Source of the DNA: Felis catus
Taxonomy: Eukaryota
Length of the DNA: 64,000 nucleotides
Reading direction: 5' to 3'
Assembly: GCF_018350175.1 (NCBI RefSeq)
Contig: NC_058368.1
Span: 36,830,001 to 36,894,000, forward strand
Shown: positions 1 to 10,856 of the stretch, piece after piece
How positions within the stretch are numbered: the stretch's first letter is position 1
Layout of the letters: each line of letters begins with the position of its first letter
Position numbers and translations under genes: made by a program
The notes under the pieces: generated by a model
What the model saw: only the letters and a program-made list of their open reading frames with translations
What the model was told of the DNA's origin: nothing
Databases searched by the model: none

Positions 1-269
1 AGAAGAAATGTTGATATTTCTATGCAGTTCCTGAACTTGTAATGACATCTGTTTGTTCATTTTTCTTAGCCTTCTGCATTCCTGTTGTGTCTTGGATAAT
101 TGGCAGAATTGGTGTAACCCACTATGTACATATAAATAGATTTAAGTGTATTTTTGATCAAAACCTTGAGTTTTCTTTGTGTTTCTTTTTTAAATTTTAA
201 GAGAAACTTGCAAGCAGTCTTTGATGAGTCTATCTTACCCAACTGCCATCTTTACTCTCCTGTATATTG

Positions 270-540
270 CAAGTATCCGTTGAATCCACTTTTTATTCTT
301 CAAGTTCATCATTGTTGTTGCCTGAGTTTAGGTTGGATTATTCAGTGGCTCCCCAACTGATCTTCCTGCTTATGGCCTAAATTCCATGAATTCACCTGTC
401 ATATATCTACAGAACTGAGCCTTCTAAAATGCATACCTAATCTTACAGCTTCCCAGCTGAAAACCCTTCAACGGACTTTTACAACTTCTGTGATCACTTG
501 CAAACTACTTGGCTTAAGCACAGAGGAAGCTCCACGTAAA
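270..540 (+). mobile_element. L2 LINE fragment (ancient)
   Basis: Resembles L2 3' region (ctccccaactgatcttcctgct...cttctaaaatgcata...aaaacccttcaacgg). Confidence 0.6.
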
Positions 541-641
541 ATAGATTCTATAACTATCTTCAACGTTTACTGCCTTGCACATGAGTCATAGGATCTACAT
601 ATAGCATCTGGCACGGGTCACAATATGTTATTGCTTTGTAG

Positions 642-686
642 AAAACAAAACAAAACAAAACAAAACAAAACAAAACAAAACAAAAC
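642..686 (+). repeat. (AAAAC)9 microsatellite
   Basis: Perfect pentamer array read directly. Confidence 0.97.
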
Positions 687-720
687 ACCCAACAATAACC
701 ACTTCATCTTAATCAATCAG

Positions 721-920
721 TAGCCAGCATTTAGTGAGCACATACTCAGAAACTGGCATCAAGTTTTGCATTTATGTATATTATCTCATGTAATCACAAA
801 ACAGATCCACATAGTAAAAGTGCTATTTTTAGACTCATTTTACTGAGGGATAATAAAACTTGATGATGGATACACTTAGAATAAATGCAAGTAAGTTCAA
901 ACCCAGAGGTCTCTGACTCT
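721..920 (-). mobile_element. MIR SINE fragment
   Basis: attatctcatgtaatc...cattttactgagg...ttcaaacccag matches reverse-complement MIR core. Confidence 0.65.
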
Positions 921-976
921 TCTCATATATTACTTTCTGTACCTAAAATATTCTTCCTCTCCTACATAGTAATCCA

Positions 977-1060
977 TCCTTCCTTCCTTCCTTCCTTCCT
1001 TCCTTCCTTCCTTCCTTCCTTCCTTCCTTCCTTCCTTCCTCCCTTCCTCCCTCCCTTCCT
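977..1060 (+). repeat. (TTCC)n microsatellite at a SINE tail
   Basis: TTCC array directly abutting the SINE at 1063. Confidence 0.95.
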
Positions 1061-1062
1061 CT

Positions 1063-1216
1063 TTTTGAGAGAGAGAGAGAGAGTGCAAGTGAGCAAGGGG
1101 CAGAGAGAGAGAGAAGCGGGACTCACCTGTTGCAGTGCTTGAGCTCACATCACAAACCATGAGACCATGACCTGAGCCAAAGCCAGAAGCTTAAAGTCTG
1201 AGCCACCAGGTGCCCC
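1063..1216 (-). mobile_element. CanSINE, diverged
   Basis: (GA)n tract, catgacctgagcc...ccaccaggtgcccc head. Confidence 0.9.
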
Positions 1217-1272
1217 AGTAATTCTTTCTTTCAAAATGACCCTAACAGCATCTTCCTTTAGGAATGTTTTCT

Positions 1273-1492
1273 TTCTTTTTTTTTTTTTTCAACGTTTATT
1301 TATTTTTGGGACAGAGAGAGACAGAGCATGAACGGGGGAGCGGCAGAGAGAGAGGGAGACACAGAATCGGAAACAGGCTCCAGGCTCCGAGCCATCAGCC
1401 CAGAGCCCGACGCGGGGCTCGAACTCACGGACCGCGAGATCGTGACCTGGCTGAAGTCGGACGCTTAACTGACTGCGCCACCCAGGCGCCCC
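1273..1492 (-). mobile_element. Young felid SINE (SINEC_Fc-like)
   Basis: Full length, CpGs intact, 14-bp TSD taggaatgttttct (1259-1272, 1493-1506). Confidence 0.97.
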
Positions 1493-1699
1493 TAGGAATG
1501 TTTTCTAACACTCTTCCCACTGTGATATAAATGACTTTTCTCTGTCTTTCTAAGGAGCCCTAGGAATGCCTATATTATAATATTTTTCATGATGTCCTAA
1601 TAAGCTTATTAATTTACTTTTACTGTTTGGCCATTTATGTGCTCTGGAGACTACATTTGTAAATTTGTTGGCAATTTTAAGTAGTTGTGTTATTTTATT

Positions 1700-1923
1700 C
1701 TATTTAATTTATTTATGTTTAATGTTTTATTATTTAATTTTGAGAGAGAGGGACAGAGTGTGAGCAGGGGAGGGGCAAAGAGAGTGGGAGACACAGAATC
1801 TGAAACAGGCTCCAGGCTCTGAGCTGTCAACACAGAGCCCAACATGGGGCTCAAACCCACAAACCCAGAGATCATAACCTGAACCGAAGTAAGATGCTTA
1901 AGACTGAGCCACCCAGGAGCCCC
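1700..1923 (-). mobile_element. CanSINE
   Basis: gagacacagaatctgaaacaggctccaggctctgagctgtc core and head. Confidence 0.95.
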
Positions 1924-1942
1924 AATTGTTGTATTATTTTAG

Positions 1943-2128
1943 AGTAGCTTATTTTCAAGTCTAGTCTCCAGACTAGCAGAATTAACCTCACCTGGGAATT
2001 TGGAAGTTCAGATCCTTGGATCTCACCCTAGATCTACTGAATCAGAAAATCTGGAGATAGAGACGAGCAATCTTTGTTTAGATTAGTCTTGCAATAATTT
2101 GATTTATGTCAAAATTTGAGAATCACCT
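1943..2128. mobile_element. MER5A-like hAT-Charlie MITE
   Basis: tcacctgggaattt...tactgaatcagaaaatctgg...tttgagaatcac motifs. Confidence 0.75.
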
Positions 2129-2817
2129 ATGCACTGGAAATTGATTTCTGTGACCTTAATCCATTTTTTTACAGCAGTCATATTACTGTCATATAGGGTC
2201 TAAGTAGAGATATTCATAATAAATCCCAGTAACATCAACAGTGTTGTCATTGTAAATGTGAATAATACATTTTGGCCTAAATAGTCTTGGATAAAAACTC
2301 TTTGCATAATATTATTACCAATTATGGATAAAGGGTGATAATAGAAAACCTTGTGCACTGTGGCCATTGATACCTGTAAATAGATTAATTGGAGGCATCT
2401 TTCTCTGGATCATCTAAATATGATCACTTTCAAGATTACCAGATATCAGATGATGCAAGCTGCTGTGACAGTTTCTGGAATTATTTTACTGGTGTTTTTG
2501 TTCCTTCCCTCTATAAGTGATGCTTCTTTTGTGTAGTCTGCAAATTACTTTCTTGACCTTGCAAATAGTACACTGGTGCACTTTTTATAGTAGAAAAGGC
2601 CAGCGGTGTTGATAAGAGTGGTATCATCAGCTTTCCCAGCAAGTGTGAGTTTGCTGTCAATCTAGATTGAAGATCAATTATATTTTACAGAGTAGACGTT
2701 GATTTTTGAAATATTCTCTCTGGATAAGACCTTTACCTGGATCATTAAAGGTCACATTTGGTTTAGCCAAGGGGCACTGAAAGAATGTCTTACAAGATAA
2801 CTTTGCTATGATGCCTA

Positions 2818-2872
2818 GTGTGTGCATGTGCATGTTTGTGTGTGTGTGTGTATGTGTATGTGTGTGTGTGTA
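2818..2872 (+). repeat. Imperfect (TG)n
   Basis: Read directly. Confidence 0.9.
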
Positions 2873-3059
2873 TAAACAGCCTCTTTCATGTGAGACATTT
2901 TCAAATTTGCAGAATTGAAATAAAATAGTCTTAATATATATGGCTCAGCAGTCTACAGAAAACATTTCTGGTCATTACTTTTTTAACTGCTCCAAGTTAG
3001 TTTATGTTTCCCCTATGTTTGCACCCATCCCTCCCCATCCCAACATGCCATGCTTACTT

Positions 3060-3230
3060 CTGGTACAGTATTTATGAGACTATATTATCCACACTACTTA
3101 ATTGTTTAGATTTTCAAAAAGATTCTAATCTCTCTGAGGGGAGGAATTATGATTTACCAGTCTTTCTAATCTCTCACCAAGTATACAGTAGCTATTGGAT
3201 AAGTATTTGTTGTTGAATATAATGAAGTGA
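3060..3230 (+). mobile_element. L2 3' end fragment
   Basis: ctctctgaggggagg...taagtatttgttgttgaat L2-type terminus. Confidence 0.55.
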
Positions 3231-5325
3231 ATCTGTGATGTGAACAGCAATGTAATCATCCTCTTTTCAGTTTTGTTTATAAGATTAATAGATTAATTTG
3301 ATGATAAAGGATTTCCTTACAATTTGTTCATGATATAAAACAACTTAGTTTTAGATGAGGTAGGGGACTTTACTGGTGTCCATGATCACAATATAAAGGT
3401 TTCCTATCATAATTTCATGACAAAATAAAATAATTATAACTGTCAATCTTAGATTTTATACTAGCTTAATAAGGTATTAAACTTACTGATGTTCTCTCAA
3501 CAATCTGTTGAAGCTTCTAGGTGAAGGCAAATATATTTTGGCACATTTAAGGACAAATCAATAAATCTTATTTTAGGGAAGAAAGGGTGGTATATTTCTA
3601 TTTACATTTTCACTAGTATTTTTCACCCTTCCATTCACCCCAGGCTGGTAAGTTATTCTGGATTGACAATAGGCCACTCATGTGTTCTAATCTAAGAGAC
3701 CCTGATGCTTCCTTTGAGAGTGTCATAATTTTTTGAAAAGTAGTGATATGAGTAACCAAAATAATAAAAGCCTTCAATTCAGTTAAACTCAACATTTATT
3801 AACAGGCTCCTACAATCTAGGCACCATGTTTATGAATCCATATATGATTAAATCATACTATCTTAAATGATGTAGTTATCATTAAGATACTCAGAGATAC
3901 TTAATGGTATCATTATCACCAAGATATACAGAGCTTAATGGGGAAGACAAACATGGCTGCACCAATTTGAGTTGCTTTATTTAAATTATTGTATTGATTC
4001 TTCTATCCTATTAATTATGATACAGTATTCCCTCTCTGTTGTATTTTTTTTCCCTTTCCTGTTTTGCATCTTTCTTCATTGTGTATTGCTTTGTCTTCTT
4101 CAAAGGCACTCACACCTACAAGCCCATTTCTTCTTTGTATGAGATGTATAATATTAAATTATGCAGATAATTACACAATTTCAGATCTGTGTTTTAACCC
4201 CCTTGGGAATAAGGAAAATGGATAACCTGGCTGCTGTCCAGATGTTATCACTTAATGGACTGTGTTCTTACCCAGTTCAGGCAAATTCATGGTTTACTGC
4301 TGCCAACCTAGCTATGAATTGCTTTAAAAGTGGTCACAATTGTCGTAGATGTGTTCTGAGTTTTTTCGAGGGAACCACTCAAGAGGTTAAGGTGCTTGTC
4401 CTAAAGATAGGGTTATAGGAAAATAAGATTTGTTACTCCAAGGCTGTTTTCACTTCAATAGAGATGCTCTGTAGGTTTTTTGTAAGCTTATTACCTGTTT
4501 GGTTTAAGATCAAGGTCCATGGCACATTATCCATTACAACATTTTGAATCTAGTTCTTTAGAATGAGCAAAGGTAGCCTGGGGAAGGCAAAGAGATTTGG
4601 GTCCTTCCTTAGAAGTATGGAATGTTTGATATGTAGGAAAACTTTGAGAGTCTTTTCCTGTACCAGTGAATTAAAGATAGTAACCGACTTAAAAAAGAAG
4701 ATCATAAATAGGAAATGCAAGTTTCTATAGAGGAAAATTTGTACAGATGAAATACTGAGTAGAAAGTAAGAAAAATATGGAATAGAATTTGATGTTTAAA
4801 AGAGAAATCTTTATGGTCAAGGTACTTAATGACAAAATGTGTATTTTTCCAGAAGAATGTTAAGAAAATCTTTTTCTTCAATAATGAAACTTTGGAGCTA
4901 GGAAGAAATCCAAGGTATTATTTTTTCCAACACTCATATTATATAAAAGTGGAATCTGAGACTGAATCAGCCCTCTGACCAATTGGTGAATTAGGGAATT
5001 TGGGGGAGCTCAAAGGGGAAAATTATTTAATCTAACTGCCCATCTGAGGCTTGAATCAATTTTTCACTAAGTATTAGAATTTGAGGTTGGAAAGGTCACT
5101 GTGTGGCTTCTTTGCTGTTCTTTGATCTGATATATGAAACCTTTCCATGGCATTATTCTTAAGAGATAATAAAATTGCCATTTAACACTTCCTGTTATTT
5201 GTGGTAGTTATGTTTTATAAAGTCACCCTGAACACTGAATCAGTGCCCCTAAGGGAAATACAGGGACAGGTTCCTTCCAGCCTCTGGTCACATTTTTGTT
5301 AAACGGTCATTGCATAGTTTTCTTT

Positions 5326-5549
5326 TTTTTTTTTTTTTAATTTTTTTTCAACGTTTATTTATTTTTGGGACAGAGAGAGACAGAGCATGAACGGGGGAGG
5401 GGCAGAGAGAGGGAGACACAGAATTGGAAACAGGCTCCAGGCTCTGAGCCATCAGCCCAGAGCCCGATGCGGGGCTCGAACTCACAGACCGCGAGATCGT
5501 GACCTGGCTGAAGTCGGACGCTTAACCGACTGCGCCACCCAGGCGCCCC
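5326..5549 (-). mobile_element. Young felid SINE (SINEC_Fc-like)
   Basis: Near-identical to 1273-1492; flanking repeat catagttttcttt. Confidence 0.97.
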
Positions 5550-5589
5550 AACATAGTTTTCTTTTATGTATGTTTCTGTTTAATAATTT

Positions 5590-5780
5590 TTAAAACTTAT
5601 TTATTTATTTTGAGATAGGGAGAGAGCATGAGCTGGAGGAGGGGAAGAGAGAGAGGGAGAGAGAGAATCCAAAGCAGGCTCTGTGCCAGATGCGGGGATG
5701 GAACTCATGAACCATGAGATCATGACCTGAGCCAAAATCAGGAGTTGGATGCTCAACCAACTGAGCCACCCAGGCTCTGC
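5590..5780 (-). mobile_element. CanSINE
   Basis: TSD tgt(a/g)tgtttctgtttaa at 5567 and 5782. Confidence 0.93.
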
Positions 5781-6669
5781 TTGTGTGTTTCTGTTTAAAG
5801 ATACCTTATTTAATATGTATTGTTGATTCATTAACATTTAACTCATAGCCAAAAGCACTATAACCCAGGAGGATTAATATGTGTATTTTCTCCATGGGAC
5901 ACATCACAGCCTTCTTGTGCTTAGGAACACTAGAGAGCACTTCGGTACTGTGTTTGGGGAGCCATTTTAACAGCAAAATCACCATCATAAAGCATGAAAA
6001 TATGAAATATGTGGCATGAAATAGACTGAGAAAAGAATACTTGTTTACAGTAAAAGAGCTGAAACAAAAAGGCCGTAGGTTGCTTGTTCCATTTCAACTG
6101 GGAACGTGTGCGGCAGATGACTTCAGTCTTTCACAGCTCTCTGTGTGAACATGCCAATGAGTGACCATGACTGTGGAATCAGTGCGAGCATTGATTTTGG
6201 GGCTACAAGTAAATTTTAGCAAGTAGGTGAACTCGCAAATTCGGAACCTGTGAATGATGACGTACACTGCCCACGGTGGGAAATGAATGGAGTTGAGGCC
6301 GACTACTCACGTCCCCCTTTGAATACCCCACCTTCCTATGAAATCTGTCCCTGAGCACTATATAAGTAGGTTTAAAATCTTCATCTCCTGTAAGCCATTC
6401 AAAGATTTGAAGAGAGCCACCGCCAATCTTGTTTTCTAAGGTATTTTCACCATTTACTCAACTATATCCCAATCACACTGAGTTTTATAATTTCCTCATG
6501 AATTTGATAGGACCCTAGGAAACTATTAACTCTGGATTGGTCCATTGTCTTGAATCCTCTGCCCTGATCCACCCCAACCCATGGAAGTTCACTCACTGCA
6601 GTAACCGTTCAATGAACAATTACCCAATAAACAAAGGGAAAAACCCTCTAATTAAAGAAAATTAGTCAT

Positions 6670-6879
6670 GGGGCGCCTGGGTGACTCAGTTGGTTGAGTG
6701 TCTGACTCTCGATTTCGGCTCAGGACATGATTCCAGGGTCGTGGGATCAAGCCCTGTGTTCAGCTTCAAGCTGAGTGTGGAGCCTGCTTAGGATTCTCTC
6801 TCTCCCTCCCACACTGCTCCTCTCCTCTGCTCGTGTGCTTTCCCTCTCTCTCTCTGAAATTTAAAAAAAAGAAAAGAAG
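6670..6879 (+). mobile_element. CanSINE
   Basis: ggggcgcctgggtg head, CT tract, A tail, TSD aagaaaattagtca. Confidence 0.95.
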
Positions 6880-7681
6880 AAGAAAATTAGTCACTTTTGT
6901 CTTTTATTTCATCTTTCAGAGTCAAACCCCACCTGTTTCCTCTGGAAAGCGACATAGTGGAGCCAAGGCCTGGAATCTGGGTCTCTTAAATCCCAGTTAT
7001 GTGTACTTCCCATCACATTATGCTTCCCGCAAAATAGTTCTGTAAAATAATATTCAGTTTCTAGTTGAAATTTAAGAATATCTTCAAAAGATTAACCCAT
7101 TATATACATTTATTTGTAAAAGAGGCATCTTACTATAGTCTTGGTACTTGATGACAAAATACATATTTTTCCTTTATAGTTTCAGGTTAAAACAACTCCC
7201 TTTCATTGGTGTTTTCCTTTGGTATCTCAGAGAGGGCTATTGACTGGAGGGGATCAAATAGACTAGCCCAGACTGGAAATGTGGGTCTTTGGACCAGTCT
7301 GTCCAGCAGGTATGTTTCATTGGGCCCACAGATTATTGCTATTCACAGAGTATTTAAGTTATTTATTTAAGTTATTATCTTATTCTTACAGTTAAGTTTG
7401 TGACTCCTATTTTACCAGCTAAAATAATTGGTATTTTTTATGTCACAGTGCCATAAAATATTTTCTATCTATGCCAACATATCATAGTATTAAAAATGTG
7501 TAATAGTATAGTATTTGGGAATCTTGTTGCATATTATAGGTTGAGCATAGTATTCTTACTAATATTTAGTTGGAAGGAAAGGTCTAATTAAGTTTATACG
7601 TCATTAATAAAAGCCACTCTCTTTTGTGCTTCCTATTCTTGGCAGCTTTTGTATTACTCATTGTCAGTTTCTTCTCTGTAG

Positions 7682-7724
7682 GTGAGCATCTGGAGGCAAG
7701 CTTCAACACTTACCACCTCCTCAG
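7682..7724 (+). other. Candidate 43-nt exon
   Basis: Acceptor tttcttctctgtag and consensus donor CAG/GTGAGT; no expression evidence. Confidence 0.35.
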
Positions 7725-7970
7725 GTGAGTTATAGGAGCAATATTGAAATCATTTTGCATTTTCAAAGGCATGCCTTCGAGCCTCTGTGCACAGTGCTCA
7801 AGGCATGTTGTTGAGTTTGAGGAGCATACAATCCAAAGTCCAAAAGTCATTGCTACTTTGCTTCTTATTCAGTCTCTTCAAAGCATAGCCTTTGTTTAAA
7901 CACAGCACAAAGCCTGTAGACAATGGGCAGCAGCTCAGTGAAACAGTGGGGAGAGGAGTAAGATCTGGAC
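7714..7970 (-). other. Candidate exon (first or 5'UTR exon) of a nested minus-strand transcript
   Basis: Donor GTG/GTAAGT at 7714/7713, possible acceptor tgtttctgatttag at 7971, repeat-free context. Confidence 0.4.
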
Positions 7971-8017
7971 CTAAATCAGAAACACTAGTAACAGCAGTGG
8001 CAGCACCAGCCACATCT

Positions 8018-8035
8018 GCAGCAGCAGCAGCAGCA
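8018..8035 (+). repeat. (GCA)6 trinucleotide repeat
   Basis: Read directly. Confidence 0.95.
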
Positions 8036-8190
8036 ATCTCAGACCCTTATCAGCCCCTTCCCCCTCAACATCAACGAGAGGATGGGACTGCCTTCCTGGC
8101 TTCCATGATTGTCTTTATGGGGACTTTAGGAAATTTTTTTATTTTTAAGAACACACTTGATGTTCATGTCATAATTTTACTTTTACTCAG

Positions 8191-8280
8191 GTGTTTCAGT
8201 GAGGGAGCAAGCATTCCTTGTGATATAATCCATAGCGCTGCCTTCTCTGAGCCAGATACTCACCACCGTGGTTTTGACAT
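8191..8280 (+). other. Candidate 90-nt exon
   Basis: Acceptor ttttacttttactcag, donor CAT/GTATGT, one open frame. Confidence 0.3.
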
Positions 8281-8864
8281 GTATGTGTATGGAGCTTGAT
8301 TATTACAAGTCCAGACTTCTGCTGTGTGAATGAGTTGTAAGGATTAGCTTTGTGGTTGTGCTTTAGAAATATGTGGTGATGCATATTCAATGACTTTGTG
8401 ATGGCGCTATTGCAAATAAGTCATGTTGGTTCATGGATATTAGCCTTTTACACAATATGATCATTAAATACATGATTGTGATGTCAAAGCCTCATTTATT
8501 TTCTTCTCTGTGTCATATTGGACATCTACCATTTGTTATGGAAGAATTGTGACTCTAACATTTCACCAGATTGGAGCACAGATTATATCTCATCTTTTGT
8601 TATTAAAAAAATTTTTGCCCAAGTGAATGATTGCTTTCTCTCTGGGCTCATCTAGTACTATGTGGAAGTTTCTTGCAGCTGTTCTTAAATACAAAATTTA
8701 GCACCCATCACAAACATTCTAAACCACACATGAACATGGAGTAATTTTTACATTGTCCTTTGGTCAGAGCCTTTTATTAAACTGAAGTAATCAAACATAT
8801 CTAATAGCGTTGGGTCATTCTAGTAGGGACAGTGGTCTCCAGTCATTTTTCTTTGACCTCTACT

Positions 8865-9270
8865 GCGTAAGCTTAGGATATTGTACCTGAAGTAACATCC
8901 AACCCCACAGTCACAATTAGAGTAGTTTACACAACCACAAAGCTTCATTGCTTGCTTGTGTTACATCTTAATTGTGGGTCATTCATCATCTACAGCTCAG
9001 TTTCACAGTGTCTCTACTAAGCTGACAAAGCAGCCCCTCTGTGCAGCGTTGCAGGGCTTGTGGCAGAGAGAAAGAAGAGACTCGCTAGATTTACAGTGTC
9101 TCTTAAAGCTTCTCCTCAGAAGTGACATATTTTACTTGGACTCATATTTTACTGTCTAAGCAAGTCACTGTAAGCATGCCTGACATCAACAAGGCAAGGC
9201 AGTACAACTGTTCCACAGGGAGGGGCATAAAATATTTGGAAACTGTAATAAACTCTGTCTTAGCCTACTA
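8865..9270 (-). mobile_element. MLT1J-like MaLR LTR (3' LTR)
   Basis: ctcttaaagcttct...aagtgacata...aagcaagtcac...ccacagggaggggca matches reverse MLT1J-type LTR. Confidence 0.75.
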
Positions 9271-9922
9271 CATGGTCACAAAAGTTCACTCATCTCCCTT
9301 CTGCACCTAAAATACATGAAATGATAGAGTTCTTCTCTAATAGAGACAATCTAAAAGTTCCGTCCTATTAGGCTCAAAGTCTGGGATTATATGACAGTTT
9401 CCACATCAGCTGCTGGTGTGGTCTTTCTTGAGCGGGAGATTTATTAGAAAAGAAAGAAACACACAAAAACAAGTCACTCCTTCACCCCCCATATTCTCCT
9501 ACATAGTCGGTAGAAGAATAGGGACTGCATATGACAAATAGCTCCATCTGAAAAAGAAAAGAGTGGAAGGCACAAGAAGTCACCATAACAATTCTGAAAT
9601 CATGTTGGGATGTGTGATGGGGACCCCTAACGCGAAGTTGGGAATAGTTCTCGCTCATGCCCCCGTCCATTGCTCTACATGACTCTTGGGACACTTGACT
9701 CCATTCTCTTGGAGGCCCCTCCGTTTTCATTTATGTTCTTCTGTCATGCTAGCGAAGTAATTGGAGAGTATGCTATGCTTGAGGACTGAGCAGCTTTCTT
9801 AGTCGGCTTCCTCCTCACTGAACTCAAAGGAACATTTCAGTTATCAAATAGTCACAGTCTCTCTTCGTCTAGATTCATGACTCTTTTGATGTTGCAGTTC
9901 TCTTAAGAACTGAATCAGCTTT

Positions 9923-10128
9923 GGGGCCCCTGGGTGGCTCAGTCAGTTAAACATCTGATTTTGGCTTAAGTCATGATCTTATAGTTCGTGAGTTTGAGCC
10001 CCGTGTTGGGTTCTGTGCTGACAGTGTGGAGGCTGGACTCTGCTTCAGATTCTTTATCTCCCACTTTCTCTGCCCCTCTCCTGCTCATGCTCTGTCTCTC
10101 TCTTTCTCAAAAATAAACATTAAAAAAA
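9923..10128 (+). mobile_element. CanSINE
   Basis: 18-bp TSD aagaactgaatcagcttt. Confidence 0.95.
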
Positions 10129-10304
10129 AAGAACTGAATCAGCTTTTTATTAATTTGTTGATAAAATCAGTGTTGATTAACAGCTATACCAACAGCTCCT
10201 TTTGAGACATGCCTGTCTTTCTCAACTTAGTCATGGCTACAGTATTAGTTTTCTATTGCTACTATAATGAATTACTACAAAACTTAGGGTTAAAAAATAT
10301 CCTT

Positions 10305-10445
10305 GGGGCACCCACCTGAGTGACTCAGTCAGTTAAGTGTCTGACTCTTGATTTCACTCAGGTCATGATCTCAACCGTTCATGAGTTCGAGCCTGCCTTG
10401 TTGGGGGGCTCTGCACTAACTTAAAAAAAATAAAAATGTTAAAAA
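10305..10445 (+). mobile_element. CanSINE with internal deletion
   Basis: Head and A tail present, CT tract missing. Confidence 0.85.
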
Positions 10446-10472
10446 AAATCCTTAACAATAGTTAATAGTCTT

Positions 10473-10717
10473 TTTTTTCTTTTTTTTTTTTTTTTAAGAC
10501 AGAGAGTACACATATGTGCCAGTGCGGGAAGAGCAGAGAGAGGGAGGGAAAGAGAGAGAATCTCAAGCAGGCTCTGTACTCCTCCATGTGGGGCTTGAAC
10601 TCAAGAGCTGGTGAGATCATGCCTGGAGCTGAAGTCTGACCCTTAACCAACTGAGCCACCTAGGCACCCTGAGAGAGAGAGAAGAGAGAGAGAGAGACGG
10701 AGGGGGGGGGGGAGGGG

Positions 10718-10763
<46 letters not shown>

Positions 10764-10856
10764 CTTAAACTCTTGAGACGTGGGGCTCCATCCCCCGACC
10801 CTGGGATCATGATCTGAGCCGAGATCAAGAGTCATGCTCACTGACTGAGCCCCCCA
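10473..10856 (-). mobile_element. Two tandem CanSINEs
   Basis: Two heads (10669, 10856), one flanking repeat taatagtctt. Confidence 0.88.

Larger units (their letters stand above)
5185..6269. mobile_element. MER82-like TcMar-Tigger element interrupted by two SINEs
   Basis: gtagttatgttttataaagtc...cacatcacagccttcttgtgcttaggaacactag...attttggggctacaagtaaattttagc; minus ORF 5806-5988 retains a Tigger-like transposase N-terminus. Confidence 0.8.

Noticed and set aside
885..1160. LPSF / KEGR repeat ORFs
   Set aside because: Read-through of the TTCC microsatellite
1264..1530. Recurring peptide GRHRIGNRLQA...LAEVGRLTDCATQAP (also 5387, 56412)
   Set aside because: Translation of the same SINE consensus, not a gene family
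6670..6750. tRNA-like A/B boxes in SINE heads
   Set aside because: tRNA-derived SINE heads, not tRNA genes
7892..8299. 135-aa plus ORF, the longest in the track
   Set aside because: Starts at TTG, its poly-Ala comes from the GCA repeat, and it crosses intron-like T tracts; no recognisable family
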